This document shows positions 12,420 through 25,530 of a stretch of DNA of 64,000 nucleotides, piece by piece (position 1 is the stretch's first letter; each line of letters opens with the position of its first letter). The stretch lies in the NCBI GenBank assembly GCA_965287045.1, contig OZ336877.1, positions 59,706,001-59,770,000 on the forward strand, in the 5' to 3' direction. This DNA comes from Carcharhinus amblyrhynchos (lineage: Eukaryota). The notes beneath the pieces are model-generated. The model was given only the letters and a program-made list of their open reading frames with translations, was not told the origin of the DNA and did no database searches. A program made the translations under genes and the position numbers.

Positions 12420-13475
12420 GAAGTTCACAAGATTAAAGGGACAGTGACTGTGTGGATAACAATTTTGGTAGGGAGCAGAAAGCAGAGTGATGGTGAAAAG
12501 TTGTTTTTTCACACTGGAGGGAGGTATGCAGTATTAGGACCATGTTTTATATATAGCTGCCACGAACATGGATGTGCTCAAGACATAATTTCAAAGTCTG
12601 TTGATGACATGAAACTCAGAAATATCTCAAACAGTGAAGAGGCTAGTAACAGACTTCAAATAGACAGAGACAGTGGTAAAATGGGAAGATATAAAGCAGA
12701 TGACATTTAACACAGAGAAGTGTGAAGTGACTCATTGTGATAGGAAGAATGTGGAGAGGCATTATAAATTAAATGGTAATACTTTAAAGGGAACACAGAC
12801 TTGTGGATATACGTAGACAAATCTTCAAAGATGGCAGGACACTGAGAAACCTCTCAAAAGATCCTTGGTTTAGTAATAAAATATTAGAGTGCAAAAGCAA
12901 GAAGACTATGCTAAACATTTATAAAACACTAGTTCAGACCAACTGTGAGAAGTGAAGACACTTCTAGTCAGCATATTTAAAAGAGGATGCTCAGGCCTTA
13001 GGGAGAGTACAGAACAGACTTATTAGAATGGTAATAGGAATATAGGACTTCAGTTACAAAGACTAGAGGAATGAGGGTTGTTCCCTATAAAGCAGAGACA
13101 GTTAAGGGAAAATTTGATGGAGTAATTCAAAATTACTCAAGAATTCAAAACCATGAGGTTTTGATACAGTAAATAAGGCGGAACAGTTTCCTGTGAAAGA
13201 AAGATTGGTATCTAAAGAATAATGACTTGAGGTAATTGACAAAAAGAAAACAGACACAATAACAAGGTACTATTATCTGGAATGCATCACCTAAGAGGGG
13301 AATTGAAGCAGATTCAAAAACACTTTTCAGATAAGAATTATGCAATGATTTAAAGTGAAATAATTTTCAGAATAATGTGCAAAGGGTAGAGATATTGTCA
13401 AGTTTGACAAATCAAAGACACAAGAAAGGAGCAATGGACTGAATGACTCCCCTTCTGTACTATTCTTTGATTCTG
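12420..13475 (+). mobile_element. Old CR1 LINE ORF2 3' portion
   Basis: IISKSVDDMKL (decayed KFADDTKL) and FNTEKCEV motifs, with a CR1-type tail ending at ~13475. Confidence 0.7.
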
Positions 13476-13497
13476 AGGATGGAATTTTCCCAGGTAT

Positions 13498-14151
13498 ATC
13501 ATAGAAATCCTACAGTGCAGAAAGAGGCCATTCAGCCCATCGAGTCTGCACTTGTCTCTGCATTTTTCTGCATGTTTTATCAGGTGATTTCATTTGACTG
13601 CTCCTGAAGCAAGAATACTAATGTAAACATTGTGTCCTTAGATATTCCATAGAGTGCAATATTGAAACAAACAGTTCTGCTGAATATACTAGTGCTGCAT
13701 CTTCCACACCTGGAGTTTCAGTGCTTTGTGTGTGATGGGCAGGCTGGCATTGCAAAGAAACTTTCTGATTTTTGACCCTTTGAATTAAAATGGGTTTTAG
13801 GTCAGAGGATTGCTCAGAATGCTGCAACTTTTTACAATCACTGATGGATACTATCCTTCCTGCAGATCCCACAATCCCACCCTGGCCCTACTCCCATATC
13901 CCTATATATTTTACCCACTAATCCCTCTCAGCTACGCATCTCAGGACACTAAGGGGCAATTTTAGCACGGCCAATCAATCTGACCCACACATTTTTGGAC
14001 TGTGGGAGGAAACCGGAGCACCCGGAGGAAACCCACGCAAACAGGAGGAGAATGTGCAAACTCCACACAGATAGTGACCCAAGTCAGGATTCAAACCCAG
14101 GTCCCTGGAGCTGTGAAGCAGCAGTGCTAACCACTGTGCTACCGTACCACC
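13498..14151 (-). mobile_element. HE1-like SINE interrupted by a 316-bp insertion
   Basis: Tail at 13498-13551 (CTACAGTGCAGAAAGAGGCCATTCAGCCCATCGAGTCTGCAC). The body resumes at 13868 and ends with the tRNA head GCAGCAGTGCTAACCACTGTGC. Confidence 0.88.
13552..13867 (-). repeat. Inverted copy of 14657-14972
   Basis: Reverse complement aligns end to end with few substitutions. Both copies translate to nearly the same peptide (SAGRIVSISDCK...EYLRTQCLH). Confidence 0.95.
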
Positions 14152-14656
14152 AGCCAGGTCTGCGACATGAAGAAATTTAGAAAGGTTTCATCAGGTTACA
14201 ATTGCGTCTCTATGTGTTTTTTGGAGATGGACTTGCAGGTTTAATGGCAACATACTGGATAGTGGCAGGAAGCAAATTACAGGAGGTAATAACCCACTTA
14301 ATGGCAATTTTCCATGCTGCAAGAGAGTTTCCTGGTTTCATACAGGCCCACACTGTCAGGAGACTGACAATAGAATGAAGCTTCATGGTGGAAGTCAAAG
14401 CTGTGCGTCAACTGAGGGTTTAAATTCTTTTGCCAACAGCAATTCACAAAATGCATCAATTTCCAAGCAGCAGGCTTGCTCTTGCAGCCGCTCCATAGAG
14501 ACTCATGTCTCCTCTGCTGTTTGCCCTGTTTCAATCATAGCTGCCTCCATCTGACTGAAGGGCCTGCACTGCTGCTGATGGCCAGGCTTTGTCTGCACTG
14601 TGAGACTGGCTGGTGGCTATCGACCTTAATTCAAGAAGATTGGTCCTTTTTCAGCC

Positions 14657-14972
14657 ATCTGCAGGAAGGATAGTATCCATCAGTGATTGTAAAGAGTTGC
14701 AGAATTCTGAGCAATCTTCTGACCTGAAACCAATTTTAATTCAAAGGGTCAAAAATCAGAAAGTTTCTTTGCAATGCCAGCCTGCCCATCACACACAAAG
14801 CACTGAAACTCCAGGTGTGGAAGATGCAACATCAGAATATTCAGCAGAACTGTTTGTTTCAATATTGTACATTATGGAATATCTAAGGACACAATGTTTA
14901 CATTGGTATTCTTGCTTCAGGAATAGTTAAATGAAATCACCTGATAAAACATGCAGAAAAACACAGAGACAA
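14657..14972 (+). repeat. Source copy of the 316-bp inverted duplication
   Basis: See 13552-13867. This copy is embedded in continuous flanking sequence, probably an old DNA-transposon remnant at ~13477-15072. Confidence 0.9.
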
Positions 14973-15699
14973 TGTTGTTCAGATGGCCAATAGGGAAAAA
15001 TTCATTTTTGCTATGCAGGCTACCCCTTTTTCAAGCACCATTTAGGTACTAAATCCAGAAAAATTGTCCACCACTTGCCTCCACTTCACAGTGACAAAGC
15101 TTCAGCCACTTGACTTTCAAACTCCAGAATTTTTGCTATAAACCTTTCACATTTCTACATCTCTTCACAACACGTTTAAGGCTTATTCCTTTGACCAACC
15201 CTTTAGTTACAACCACATTGTTCTTCCCTCAATGCTCAAATTCCTCTTGTGAAATGCCTTGGGTTCTTTTAATTTGTGTTTTTGTGACATTCTGGCATAC
15301 TATCAGCCTAACTCTATTTTAAATTAAAAAGACTGCCAGCAATTTATACCATGGTCCTCTGGAAGGAAAAGGAACAGTTCACCCACATCCAGTATTCCCA
15401 AATAGGCAATTATACTAATGATACTTTTGAAATCAAGGTGAAGATAGTTATCAGCAGTGAACCAGTTATTAAGAAACTGGAGTCCATGATGTCCCAGCTG
15501 GAAATTGAATACATGAAAGAACACTGAAAGCAAAACCAATTGCGAATAAAAATGGAAAAAAAATGACAAAAGTGTGGAAATGCAAAGCAGGTTCTTCAAA
15601 TCTGCAAAAAGTTGATTTAACCAAACAGTGCTGTGCTGGGAAATGGGCACTAATCTTTCAGGGGAAATCCTTCACCAGAACTGAAAACAACACCAGCAC

Positions 15700-16250
15700 T
15701 GATGTACTGATGTAGAATCTTTAACGTTAATAAAACATCCCAAAATGCTTCAATGGAGCAATATGAAGCAAGAGTTGACTCTGAGGTCACATACAGAGAT
15801 ATGAGGATAGATGAACAGGAGCTTGATCAAAATGGTAGATTTTAAGAAGCATCTTGAAAAAGCGGAATGCATTAGAGGCAGAGATGTTAAGGGGAGGGAA
15901 ACCAGGTACAGTTTGACCAGAGCCAATGCAGGTCATTGAGCACAGAAAGACGATGATTGGGGCTTGATATGAGTTAAGATACAGATCATAATTTTATAGA
16001 GAATAGAATATCAGAGGCTGGCCAAGAATGTCATGGCATCATCATGTCTAGATGTAACAAATGAGGTCTTCAGAAGCAAATGAGCTGGGGCAGGGTCAGG
16101 GTCAGGCAATAATACAAAAGTGGTAATAGGTCATCTTAACAATTGTTGGAATTTTACCTCAGGATAAAACAGTCTTGTTCACCCTCAGAGAGTTTCCAGG
16201 GTAAAGAATAGAACTGATAACCAGGCAACAGAGTAGTCATGGGAACTGAA
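15700..16250 (-). mobile_element. Old L2-like LINE 3' fragment
   Basis: CTTTAACGTTAATAAAACATCCCAAAATGCTTCA resembles the reverse of an L2-type tail. The body is heavily decayed. Confidence 0.45.
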
Positions 16251-17924
16251 GACAGTGGGCTAAACTTTACATGGGACATTACATGGCCCTCTGCTGGGCC
16301 AAGAATGAGAGGCTGCCATGCTATAGCAAGCATTGGGGTTCTGGAGCAGCAACTGCCTGGTAGTGGCCAATTAAGAGGCTGCTGCCAAGGTCATTGTCCA
16401 ATTGAAGGTGGTGGCCATGAGATCATGGGGCTACAGGGGGTCTGAAGTTGGAACCTAAAATCAGCAGCATACAAGACAGTGCATGATGGACATGTACACT
16501 AATGACATCGGCTGGCCTACCAGACAGACTCCTTTCACTGTGATGGAAGATAGGTGAGATCAGCTCCAACTTGGCAGAGAAGATAGTACGGAGCTTGCTC
16601 TCTCTGCACCCTCAGCTTCATCTCCCTGTTGCACAGCCACTGCTGCCCCCTACTGTAGCAGCCTCCACATGGACATGCCACCTAAGCCTCTGCCACCCCA
16701 TTCTCCTCAAGAGTCAGCAACAGACTCAAGGCAATTCAGGAATTTACCAAGTCTCCATGGACAGTCCAAATCACTTTACAATAGGAAGTGTTTCAAAGAG
16801 TTACCTTACCTGCAAGTCTCTTTGAAATGCCAATACACACCTCATTTTGCAACTTTTCATGCTTGTTGTTTGCAGATTAAACAACAAAATGGCTGCCTGC
16901 ACATTTGTTGGCCAAATTTGGAACCCTGGCATTGCACCAGTTGGTTGGTCTGTGTAATACCAAGATGGCTTCCATCCAAGCTCTTTTGATACACTCAGAC
17001 GATGCCCCTGCAAGTGCCCTTCTCATTCAACACAGGCCATGCAGGAAACAGTCAGCAGTGAGGGTCAGGCAGATAGAGTGGTGCATGGTATATGATGCAC
17101 TGTTATAAACAGTGCTATTGCGAGGCAATTTCCTACTTGATATTTACTATTCATCTCTCCATCAGCTCATTCAAGAATATGTCCTTCGGAAAAAATAGCA
17201 TCAGTTTGTAGCCAAATTAATCAGCCGTGCTCTGCATAAAACATGCTAGACATAATTAAGGTATCTGTTCATTTAATATGTTATTTATAATAGTGTACAA
17301 TGTTTGCTTTGTGGAGTTAGAATATCGTGTTCTCAAATGACTTTCTCAGTGTCTATGTATATTAGTTAACAGCATTATAATTCCAGTTCTGCACTCAAAC
17401 ATTCAAAACTGTCCCCTGATAGTATTAATAAATCACTAATTTGTTAACAAGCTTTACTTTGCTTGGCAGTTTGTCCTTCAGGAGATAACTTTCCCTCTTT
17501 GATTATTGCTCTCTTAAATGCATGAACACAAAAGTATTACGTCACTGCATTTCCCAGACTTTAAGATTCAGCTCAAAGGGAGAAGTAGAATTTGCATAAT
17601 TGAAATAAGATCAAATTGAAATATTCTTAAAAAGACCCAAAGCAAAGAAAAGTGCAACTTATAAGATTTTACATTAAGTTTGTTCAGCAGATTGACAATA
17701 CCAATGATGTATTTTAAAATGAACAGATGGTGAACAGTCACTAAACAGCTCATGTGTCCCTCTGCACAATAAACAAAGGGAATATATTCTAAAGTCCCCA
17801 GTACTAAATGCTTAAACTATTTTTGATGTGAATTTCAATAAGGTGCATATTTTAACCTGTGCCACCAAGGTAAAGATATCAGAATTAAATTAATACATGA
17901 AAATGCAAATGAAACAGTGTAAAG

Positions 17925-18720
17925 AATCATCGAATCATAGAATCCCTACAGTGCAGGAGGTCATTTGGCCCTTTGAGTCTGCACTGACTCTCTGATGGAA
18001 CATCCTACTCAGACCCATCTTATCACCAAAACCCCAATCATTTACCCCTAATCTACATACCTTGGGACAGTAAGGGAGCAAATTTAGCATAACCAATCCA
18101 CCAACCCTGCACATTAATCTGAAAGAAACAGATAAACTTCTCTGTGATCCAAAATGGCAAAACGCATTATATTTCCAAAAATAAATATATTGTAGAAATG
18201 ATTCTCTGCTGACAAGAAAAACAAATACAAAATTCTGAAGCGGTGTTGTATCCAATTTGAAACATCTGTTTCTCTCTCCACAGTTGCTGCCAGACTTGCT
18301 CAGCCTTTTCTAACATTTTCTGTTTTTATTTCAAATTTTCAGCATCTTGCTTTTTTTCATTCATTCGTGGAACATTGATATCGCTGGCTGACCAGCATTT
18401 ATTACCCATCCCTAGTTGTCCTTGTTTAGAGGGCTGTTGTGACTCAGCCACATTGCTGTGGTTTTGGAGTCACATGTAGGCCAGGCCAGGTAAGGACAGC
18501 AGATTTCCTTCCATAAGTGACATCAGTGAACCAGATGAGGTTTTTCCAACAATCGACAGTGGTTTCATGATCATTAGTAGAGTCTTAATTTCAGATTTTC
18601 TTTTATTGAATTCAGATTCCACCATCTGCTGTGGCAGGATTTGAACCCAAATCCCCAGAATATTAGCTGAGTTTCTGGCCTAATAGTCTAGTGATAATGC
18701 TATTAAGCCATCGCCTTCTC
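17925..18720. mobile_element. Cluster: HE1-like SINE tail (-, ~17925-18115), PLE terminal fragment (+, ~18230-18355) and CR1-group LINE tail (-, ~18355-18720)
   Basis: Each part matches other copies in the window. Confidence 0.7.
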
Positions 18721-19318
18721 CGTATTATGTACTAAGTTTATTTTGCCACACCTCATTTACTTATGAATAAATATTAAGTTGTTGTATTTAACAGTGCAAA
18801 AAAACATTGAAAATATTGGAAGTCTGTAACAACAACTGAAAATACAGGTGATGCAGTATCTGCAGCGTACAAAGGTAGGGTAAATATTTTAGTGTACAGT
18901 TATTCATTCTTTCCAGATACCAAGCAATCAGCTATATATATCTTTCATCATTTTCTATCATATTTAATAACTAAAATTAAATGAAGTTACTAAAATTTCT
19001 TTAAAAAGTAATCCCATAAGAGGACTGACATCTATAATTCAACTATATTTTAACTTGCTGCCCAAACTAACTCTATCCCCAAAGAAAGGGCAGCTTTTAA
19101 ATATTGCAAGGTTCCAATAAATTGCACAAATTCTGAGACTCATTATAATTTAATTCTCGAACAGCTTCTTCGGTATAAGTCCCAATGTGTACAGTGAGTA
19201 TTCAAAAAGTTAATTACCCTTTCGATTGTATTTAGATCTAAATCATTTAAATTATATTATTAAAATGTATAAATATCAGGTAATCTTTGAACCTGCCAAA
19301 CAGAATTACCTTACTTAC

Positions 19319-19369
19319 CCCAGCATTGCAATCATAATAAGGAACCTTTAGGAACTCTGTCTTAACATT
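19319..19369 (-). CDS. Candidate 51-nt internal exon (NVKTEFLKVPYYDCNAG), unidentified gene
   Basis: Acceptor tttcacatag, donor GGG|gtaagt, open in phase 0, in non-repeat sequence. Confidence 0.35.
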
Positions 19370-20535
19370 CTATGTGAAACTCAGACAATGTTGTAACAAT
19401 AATAGTGACTGTATCTATTGCTGTTAAGCATCCATTATAAAGCATAAATTCTTATAATAATTTTTTCATTACTTTATTCATAATGCATTACAAACTATTT
19501 ATATAGCCCCTTTGCATTTGCTTTATTTGTTTGTTTTGCTTAGTACAATCTTGTGGCAGTCTGGAGGTAATCAAGGCGTCCAAACCTTTTGCCTTTATAA
19601 CCCTTTGAGAAACATTACAAGTATTTTGAAATGAGAGAAAAGCAATGGAATTGTTGTCCATAAAAAAGAAAACAAAAGTTAGGCAACACAGTACCAAAGA
19701 GTAAATCTGAAAATTTACTTTTAAAGTTATGTAAGGAAAAAAGGAGCCTCTACTAAAGTTTAAAATAAAATTGGACGTCCAATTTTCTGAGAAATTTTCA
19801 CTGTTTATTTCTGAGTTCCCCCTCAGATGTTTCCATCATTATGGTGGTGAACTTTGGGAAAAATAGCAGGAAATGGCAGACCAAGGGCAAAATTTAATGT
19901 CCCTCTGTCTCACATTTGGAGGGAGGGACGCATTTAATTGGGCATGGAGTGGTAACCCCATCATCTCCCTGCCTTCACACAACTATGTCTATGTGGAAAA
20001 CTTGTGAATGGCCTTCTGACCCAAATGCTAAATGAGACCCTTAAGTACATAGTTAAGGATTTCATCCCACCACTACTGGTGGTCAACCAGTGGTAGTAGT
20101 GGAGTTGCCACATAGAGCTAAAAAGCCTCTTGGTAGCAAACTCCTCTCTGCAATCCCAACCCGCTCTCACTCACTCGTGGCTCAGATGCTAGGCCTCTGG
20201 CGGGTGCATTACCAGAAGCGACTACCACTCCTGGTGGTGCTGGTGGGCAATAGAGACCTGTCAGCCTCTGATTGACAGGTAGCTCTGGTGTGTTAAATTC
20301 TGAAAGGGTCTGATGGTATGTCCCAATGGAGGTGATGTGCTTTCAGCTGGTTCTCCAGCTGGTGGACAGGATCCCTGTCATCAACAGTAAATTCTGCCTC
20401 AAGTGTGCACAGCTATTTATGAGAGCATGCCTGTGTGTCCGTGCATGGACATATGTGCATGTCCCAATATGTTCATGTGCACATTTGAGTGTGAGTTAAG
20501 GAGAAAAAGTGATGGAAAGAAAAATAGCCAAATAC

Positions 20536-20690
20536 CTTGTTGCACATGGCCTTTCTCTCACCATCTCCAATCTGCTCTCTCTCTATCTCTCTCTCTATCA
20601 ATGTTACTGATGACCATGTCACTTTATGGTCTTTGAGTTTGCAATGTTCCTTGAGCTGCTCATGTTCACTGCAGCTTTCCACTTCCTGTG
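20536..20690 (-). CDS. Candidate 155-nt internal exon (QEVESCSEHEQLKEH...GERKAMCNK), unidentified gene
   Basis: Branch-like cttaac plus a long pyrimidine tract tctcttcctctctttaccacag, donor AAG|gtattt, one frame open throughout. An alternative acceptor 5 nt downstream gives 150 nt. Confidence 0.42.
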
Positions 20691-20814
20691 CTGTGGTAAA
20701 GAGAGGAAGAGATTGTTAAGCAAAGGTATTACAGGCTCAAACTTAGGTGGCCATTCACATGCCAGCAATTGAGTGATCCAGGAAAATGATAAACCACCTT
20801 GAAATCTTATCCTG

Positions 20815-20950
20815 ATATAAAAACAAATTACTGCGGATGCTGGAAACTGAAACAAAAACAGAAAATGCTGGACAATCTCAGCAGGTCTGACATCATCTGT
20901 AGAGAGAGAATAGAGCCAACATTTCAAGTCAGGATGAACTTATCCTGCCA
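20815..20950 (-). mobile_element. PLE terminal (pseudo-LTR) fragment
   Basis: TGCGGATGCTGGAAACTGAAACAAAAACAGAAAATGCTGGACAATCTCAGCAGGTCTG, the reverse of the family at 18230-18355. Confidence 0.6.
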
Positions 20951-20969
20951 GTTTATCCAGCAAGAAAAG

Positions 20970-21180
20970 AAAGACTTAGATTTTTATGGTACTTTTCAAA
21001 TCATCTGACATCTCAAAGCATTTTATAGTTAATGAAGTTGTTTCAATATGTTAAAAATACTGTCTCAATACTGCACTAGAGGGTCAGCCTAGATTTTTGT
21101 GCTCAAGCCATGGAGTGGGATTTGAACCCGGAACCTTTAGAAGTGAGACTGTCACCAACTGAATCACAACTGACATGGTA
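20970..21180 (-). mobile_element. SacSINE1/DeuSINE-like relic, internally deleted
   Basis: ATACTGCACTAGAGGGTCAGCCTAGATTTTTGTGCTCAAG...GGGATTTGAACCC, related to 36355-36870. Confidence 0.55.
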
Positions 21181-21849
21181 AAGCAGTGTGGGCCTGGGCT
21201 TTATGTAACCTGTTGAAAACGTACATGTGAAGAAACAGCATGCATGACCAAGGGGAAAAGCAATGGCAGCAAAAGGGATGAACATAAGCAGAAGGACATG
21301 CGGTGTAGTAAATTCTGATTGGAGGATAGGCTTGGGAAGTGTAGAAGGAAAAAATTGCTGGTGTTTTGGCTAAAGTTTGGTGTTTGAGGGTTGTTTATGG
21401 AGTAACAGAGATTTGAAGATGATTGGCAGTCCAGGTGAGGTTGTTAAGTTACTTCCTGCATTTCAGCAAGATTTTTGGAAATGTGCTGCTATCGTTGACC
21501 TCCTCAGTCACCTTTCTCCAATCAAGCCGAATAATACAACAGAGATATCTGTCCCTCATCAGAGAGAAAGAGGCTGCCTTCACATTGTCTCTTTTTTCAC
21601 GAGAACATCCATGACTATATCAGAATTTCTGTTGTCCCCCACATGTTACCTGTTGTCCCAGTGGTGCACTTTCAATTGACCATCTTTGAAAAGGAGACCT
21701 CCTTATCCAGTGTTATAGGTTACCTTTAAATGATGGAGGAATCATTGAATTTGTAACCGCTGGATGTGACAACACCAAAGATCTATACAACTGCAGCAAA
21801 ACATCCCTACTTTTATATTTCATTTTTTCAACAAACAATAATATTTGTG

Positions 21850-23535
21850 CTTCAGTCACTGAAAGTAAGCGTGCAGGTACATCAGGCAGTAAAGAAGGCA
21901 AATGGTATGTTGGCCTTCGTAGCAAGAGGATTTGAGTATAGGGATAGGGATGTTTTGTTGCAATTGTATGGGGCACTGGTGAGGCCGCACCTGGAGTATA
22001 GTGTTCAGTTTTGATGTCCTTATCTGAGGAAGGATGTCCTTGCTATTGAGGGAGTACAGCAAAAGGCTGATTCCTGGGATAACATATCTGTCATATGAGG
22101 AAAGACTAAGGCGGTTAGGGTTATATTCACTGGAGTTTAGAAGAGGGGCTCTCATAGAAACTTACAAAATTCTAACAAGGTTAGAGAAGGCATATTCATA
22201 AAGTAAGTTCCTACTGGTGGGGGAGCCCATACCTAGGGGTCATAGTTTGAGGTCTAAGGAGGAAACCTTTTAGAACTGAGATGAGGAGAAATTTCTTCAC
22301 CCAGAGGGTGGTGAATGTACGGATTTCACTACCACAAAAAGTAGTTGAGGCCAAAACATTGTCTGATTTCAAGAAGAAATAAGATATAGCTCTTGGGGCT
22401 AAAGGAATCAAAGGAATCAAAGAAGTGGGGACCTGGATTTTGAATTCGATGACGAAAATGGCGGAGCCTGCTGAAAGGGCCAAATGGCCTACTCCTGCTT
22501 TTAGTTTCTATGGGGGTGATTCTCCCAAAAGTCTGAATTGGCGAGAAAACTGGTCGATCACAAATGTTTTTTCAGTGCAGCTTCAGACCTGAATCTCCCC
22601 ACTCTGTGCACTGCAGAGGTCCCAGTCATGAATTTCATTAAAAGCTTGGTGAGTGGGGCCTATTCACGCCAGAGTTTGACAGTTCTGGAACTCTGTGCAT
22701 GTGCAGTGGCCCCGATCTGTCAGTCTCCCTGTTTGCTGGCCAGTTCGATTGCAGGCCAGCCCAGGACCCCCACAGTGCTGCCCCTCCATCCACCCTACAG
22801 CCTGATCGCAGCCCTGGGCCAGCCCTGATCTCCTCCTCCATCCCAGAATGCACCAATGCCCAGCCCATCACTCCCAGCAGTGGTCTGTCCCCCGGGAACA
22901 GACCCTCCCAGGCAGACCACCCCCCTTCCCAGACCACCCCGATAGCTGGCCTCCCTCCAGCCCAGACCGATCCCCATACCAAGTGGTAGCGGGACCCTCC
23001 ACCCCCACCAGTGACCCCTGGGCCCCAGCCACAATAGGCCCCACCCTTTGACACTGCCTAATGCCCAGTGTCCCATGGGTATGGGCCCTTTGCCCCTTGG
23101 GTGCACAGGGTGCACAGGCTGTCACTGCCAGGGTGCCCATGCCCAGGAGGCACCATCCCTCCACCGTCCGACCCCCTAGGGGCCCTGATTGTTACCCCTT
23201 CACTTTGCTGGGGTCTCCCACTGGTTCCTTGAATGTGGGAAGCTGCTCTAAACTCCGCTGGAGTGAAGTACTCCTGATGGGATAGGAGATGCTATTGGGC
23301 CCAGCACATGTAAAATAGATTTAAAATACATTAAAAGAAGATTTAAGTCACTTACCTTTTTTTTTGCTGGTTTCCAGCACAGTCCTGACTGCACCTGTTC
23401 CTTGGTTCAGGGAGGTGTCAGGAATGCATGAGAGAATCCTGTAAAATGGTCGACACACGATTCTCCAAACCAGACCTGCCAGAAAATTTGCGGGTCGCAA
23501 TGTAGTGAGAGAGTCGATCCCTATGTTCCTATTTC
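21850..23535 (+). mobile_element. Younger CR1/HER1 3' fragment; its tail is split by a MITE
   Basis: QVHQAVKKANGMLAFVARGFEYRDRDVLLQLYGALVRPHLEYSVQF. The tail stops at 22511 and resumes at 23522. Confidence 0.88.
22512..23521. mobile_element. Non-autonomous PIF/Harbinger-like element (~1 kb)
   Basis: Imperfect TIRs GGGGGTGATTCTC / GAGAGTCGATCCC, 3-bp TSD TAT at 22509-22511 and 23522-23524, GC-rich non-coding interior. Confidence 0.72.
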
Positions 23536-23904
23536 ATTTGCCTTCCTGATCACTTGCTCTACCTGCATAGTAGCTTTCTGTGATTATATGTGCCAAGATA
23601 CCCAGATCCCTCCGTACCCCAGCTGTTTTTCTATTTTCAAAGAGAATAAGTTCACATTTTCCCACACTATACTCCATCTGGCAAATTTTTGCCCATTCAC
23701 TTAACCTATCTATATCCCTTTGCAGATTCCTTATGTCCTCTTCACAATTTACATTCCTACTTATTTTTATGTCTTCAACAAACTTGGCAAATATACATGT
23801 GGTCCCTTCATCCAAATCATTGATATAGATTGTAAATGCATGAGATCACATCACTGATTCCTGTGCCATTGCCCTCCACACATCTTGCCAATCTAAAAAT
23901 TAAT

Positions 23905-24562
23905 TTATTCTTTCTTGGGATGTGAGTGTCACTGACAAGGCCAGAATTTTTTGCCCATCTCTAATTGCCCTTGAACTGAATGATTTGCTCAGCCATTTGA
24001 GAGGATATTAAGAGTCTGGAGTCTCATGTAGGCCAGACCAGGTAAGGATGGTAGATTTCCTTCCCTAAGGGAACTTAGTAAGCCAAATGGGTCTTTATGA
24101 CAATTGATGATAGCCTTACAGTCACCATTACTGAGACTAGCTTTTTCAATACTCGAGATTTATTAATTGAATTTAAATTCCACCAGCAGCCATGGTGGGA
24201 TTTGAACATATGTCCCCACAGCATTAGCTTGGACCTCTGGATTACCAGTCTAATGACTCCACCATCTTTCCATATATAAAAGTTAAAGTTCATTTATTAG
24301 TCACAAATAAGGCTTACATCAACATTGCAATGAAGTTACTGTGAAATTCCCCGAGTTGCCACACTCTGGCGCCTGTTTGGATCAATGCACCTAACCAGCT
24401 CGTTTTTCAGACTGTGGGAGGAAACCAGAGCATCTGGAGGAAACCCACACAATCATGGGGAGAATATGCAAACTCCACACAGATAATGACCCAAACTGGG
24501 AATCAAACTCAGGTCCATGGCACTGTGAGGCAGCAGCGTTAACCACTGCCACCGTGCCACCC
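23905..24562 (-). mobile_element. CR1-group LINE tail (~23905-24270) followed by a tRNA-derived SINE (~24280-24562)
   Basis: The SINE has an HE1-like head and the alternative tail TTTATTAGTCACAA...CAATGAAGTTACTGTGAAA. Confidence 0.8.
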
Positions 24563-25530
24563 ATGTATGTGACCTATTTATGCCTATTCTCTGTTTGCTG
24601 TTAGCTAATCAGTCTGTATCAACATTAATATGTTACCGCTATACCATGCGTTCTTATTTTCTGTAGAAACTTTTGATGTGGCACCTTGCCAACTGCCTTC
24701 TGGAAAATAAGTGCACCACATCCAAAGGTTCCCTTTTATCCACATTGCTTGTTACTTTCTCAATGAACTCTAATAACTTTGTCCAACACAATTTCCATTG
24801 CACAAAACAATGTTGATTTGCTTGATAGCATTGAGATTTTCTTAAATGACCTCCTTAATAATAGATTCCAGCATTTCCCTATGAAAAATGCTAAGCCAAT
24901 TGGTCTGTAATTTCCTCAATTGTATCTCCCCACCCCCTTTCTTAAATAGAGGAGTTAATTTGCTATTTTCTGATCTGATGGGACCTTACTAGAATTTAAG
25001 GAATTTTGGAAAATTAAAACTGATGTATCTACTATCTCAGACTCTAGAATGAAGTCCATTAGGACCTGAGGACTTGTCAGCTTTTAGTTCTAATATTTTC
25101 ACACTACCTTTCTCTGGTGATTGTTTTAAGATTCCCCTCTTCCTTTCACCTCTTTTTACTTAAATCTTCACCTGTGGAGATAGGCAGAAAATATATGTTC
25201 AATTCACCCCCCGTTTCCTTATTTCCCATTGTTAACACCCCAGACTCACTCTCTAGAGGACCAACACTCATTTTACTCCTTCCCTTTTTAAATACCTGGA
25301 GTAACTATCTGTTAATATTTCGAATGATATTTCTCTCCTGCTTGAATTTTTCCCTCCTTATTATTCCTTTAGCCATTCTTTGCTGCTTCTTATATTCTGA
25401 TGTGGCGATGCCAGCGTTGGACAGGGGTAAACACAGTAAGGAATCTCACAACACCAGTTTAGAGTCCAACAGGTTTATTTGGTAGCAAAAGCCACAAGCT
25501 TTCGGAGCGCTGCCCTGTCTTACCTGATGA

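Noticed and set aside
13618-14930. Two near-identical 84- and 105-aa ORFs suggesting a duplicated gene
   Set aside because: They are translations of the two arms of the inverted duplication, with no recognisable domain or splice structure.
21755-22010. Apparent twin-priming inversion of one CR1
   Set aside because: The minus-strand piece continues colinearly at ~23535, so these are two separate nested insertions.
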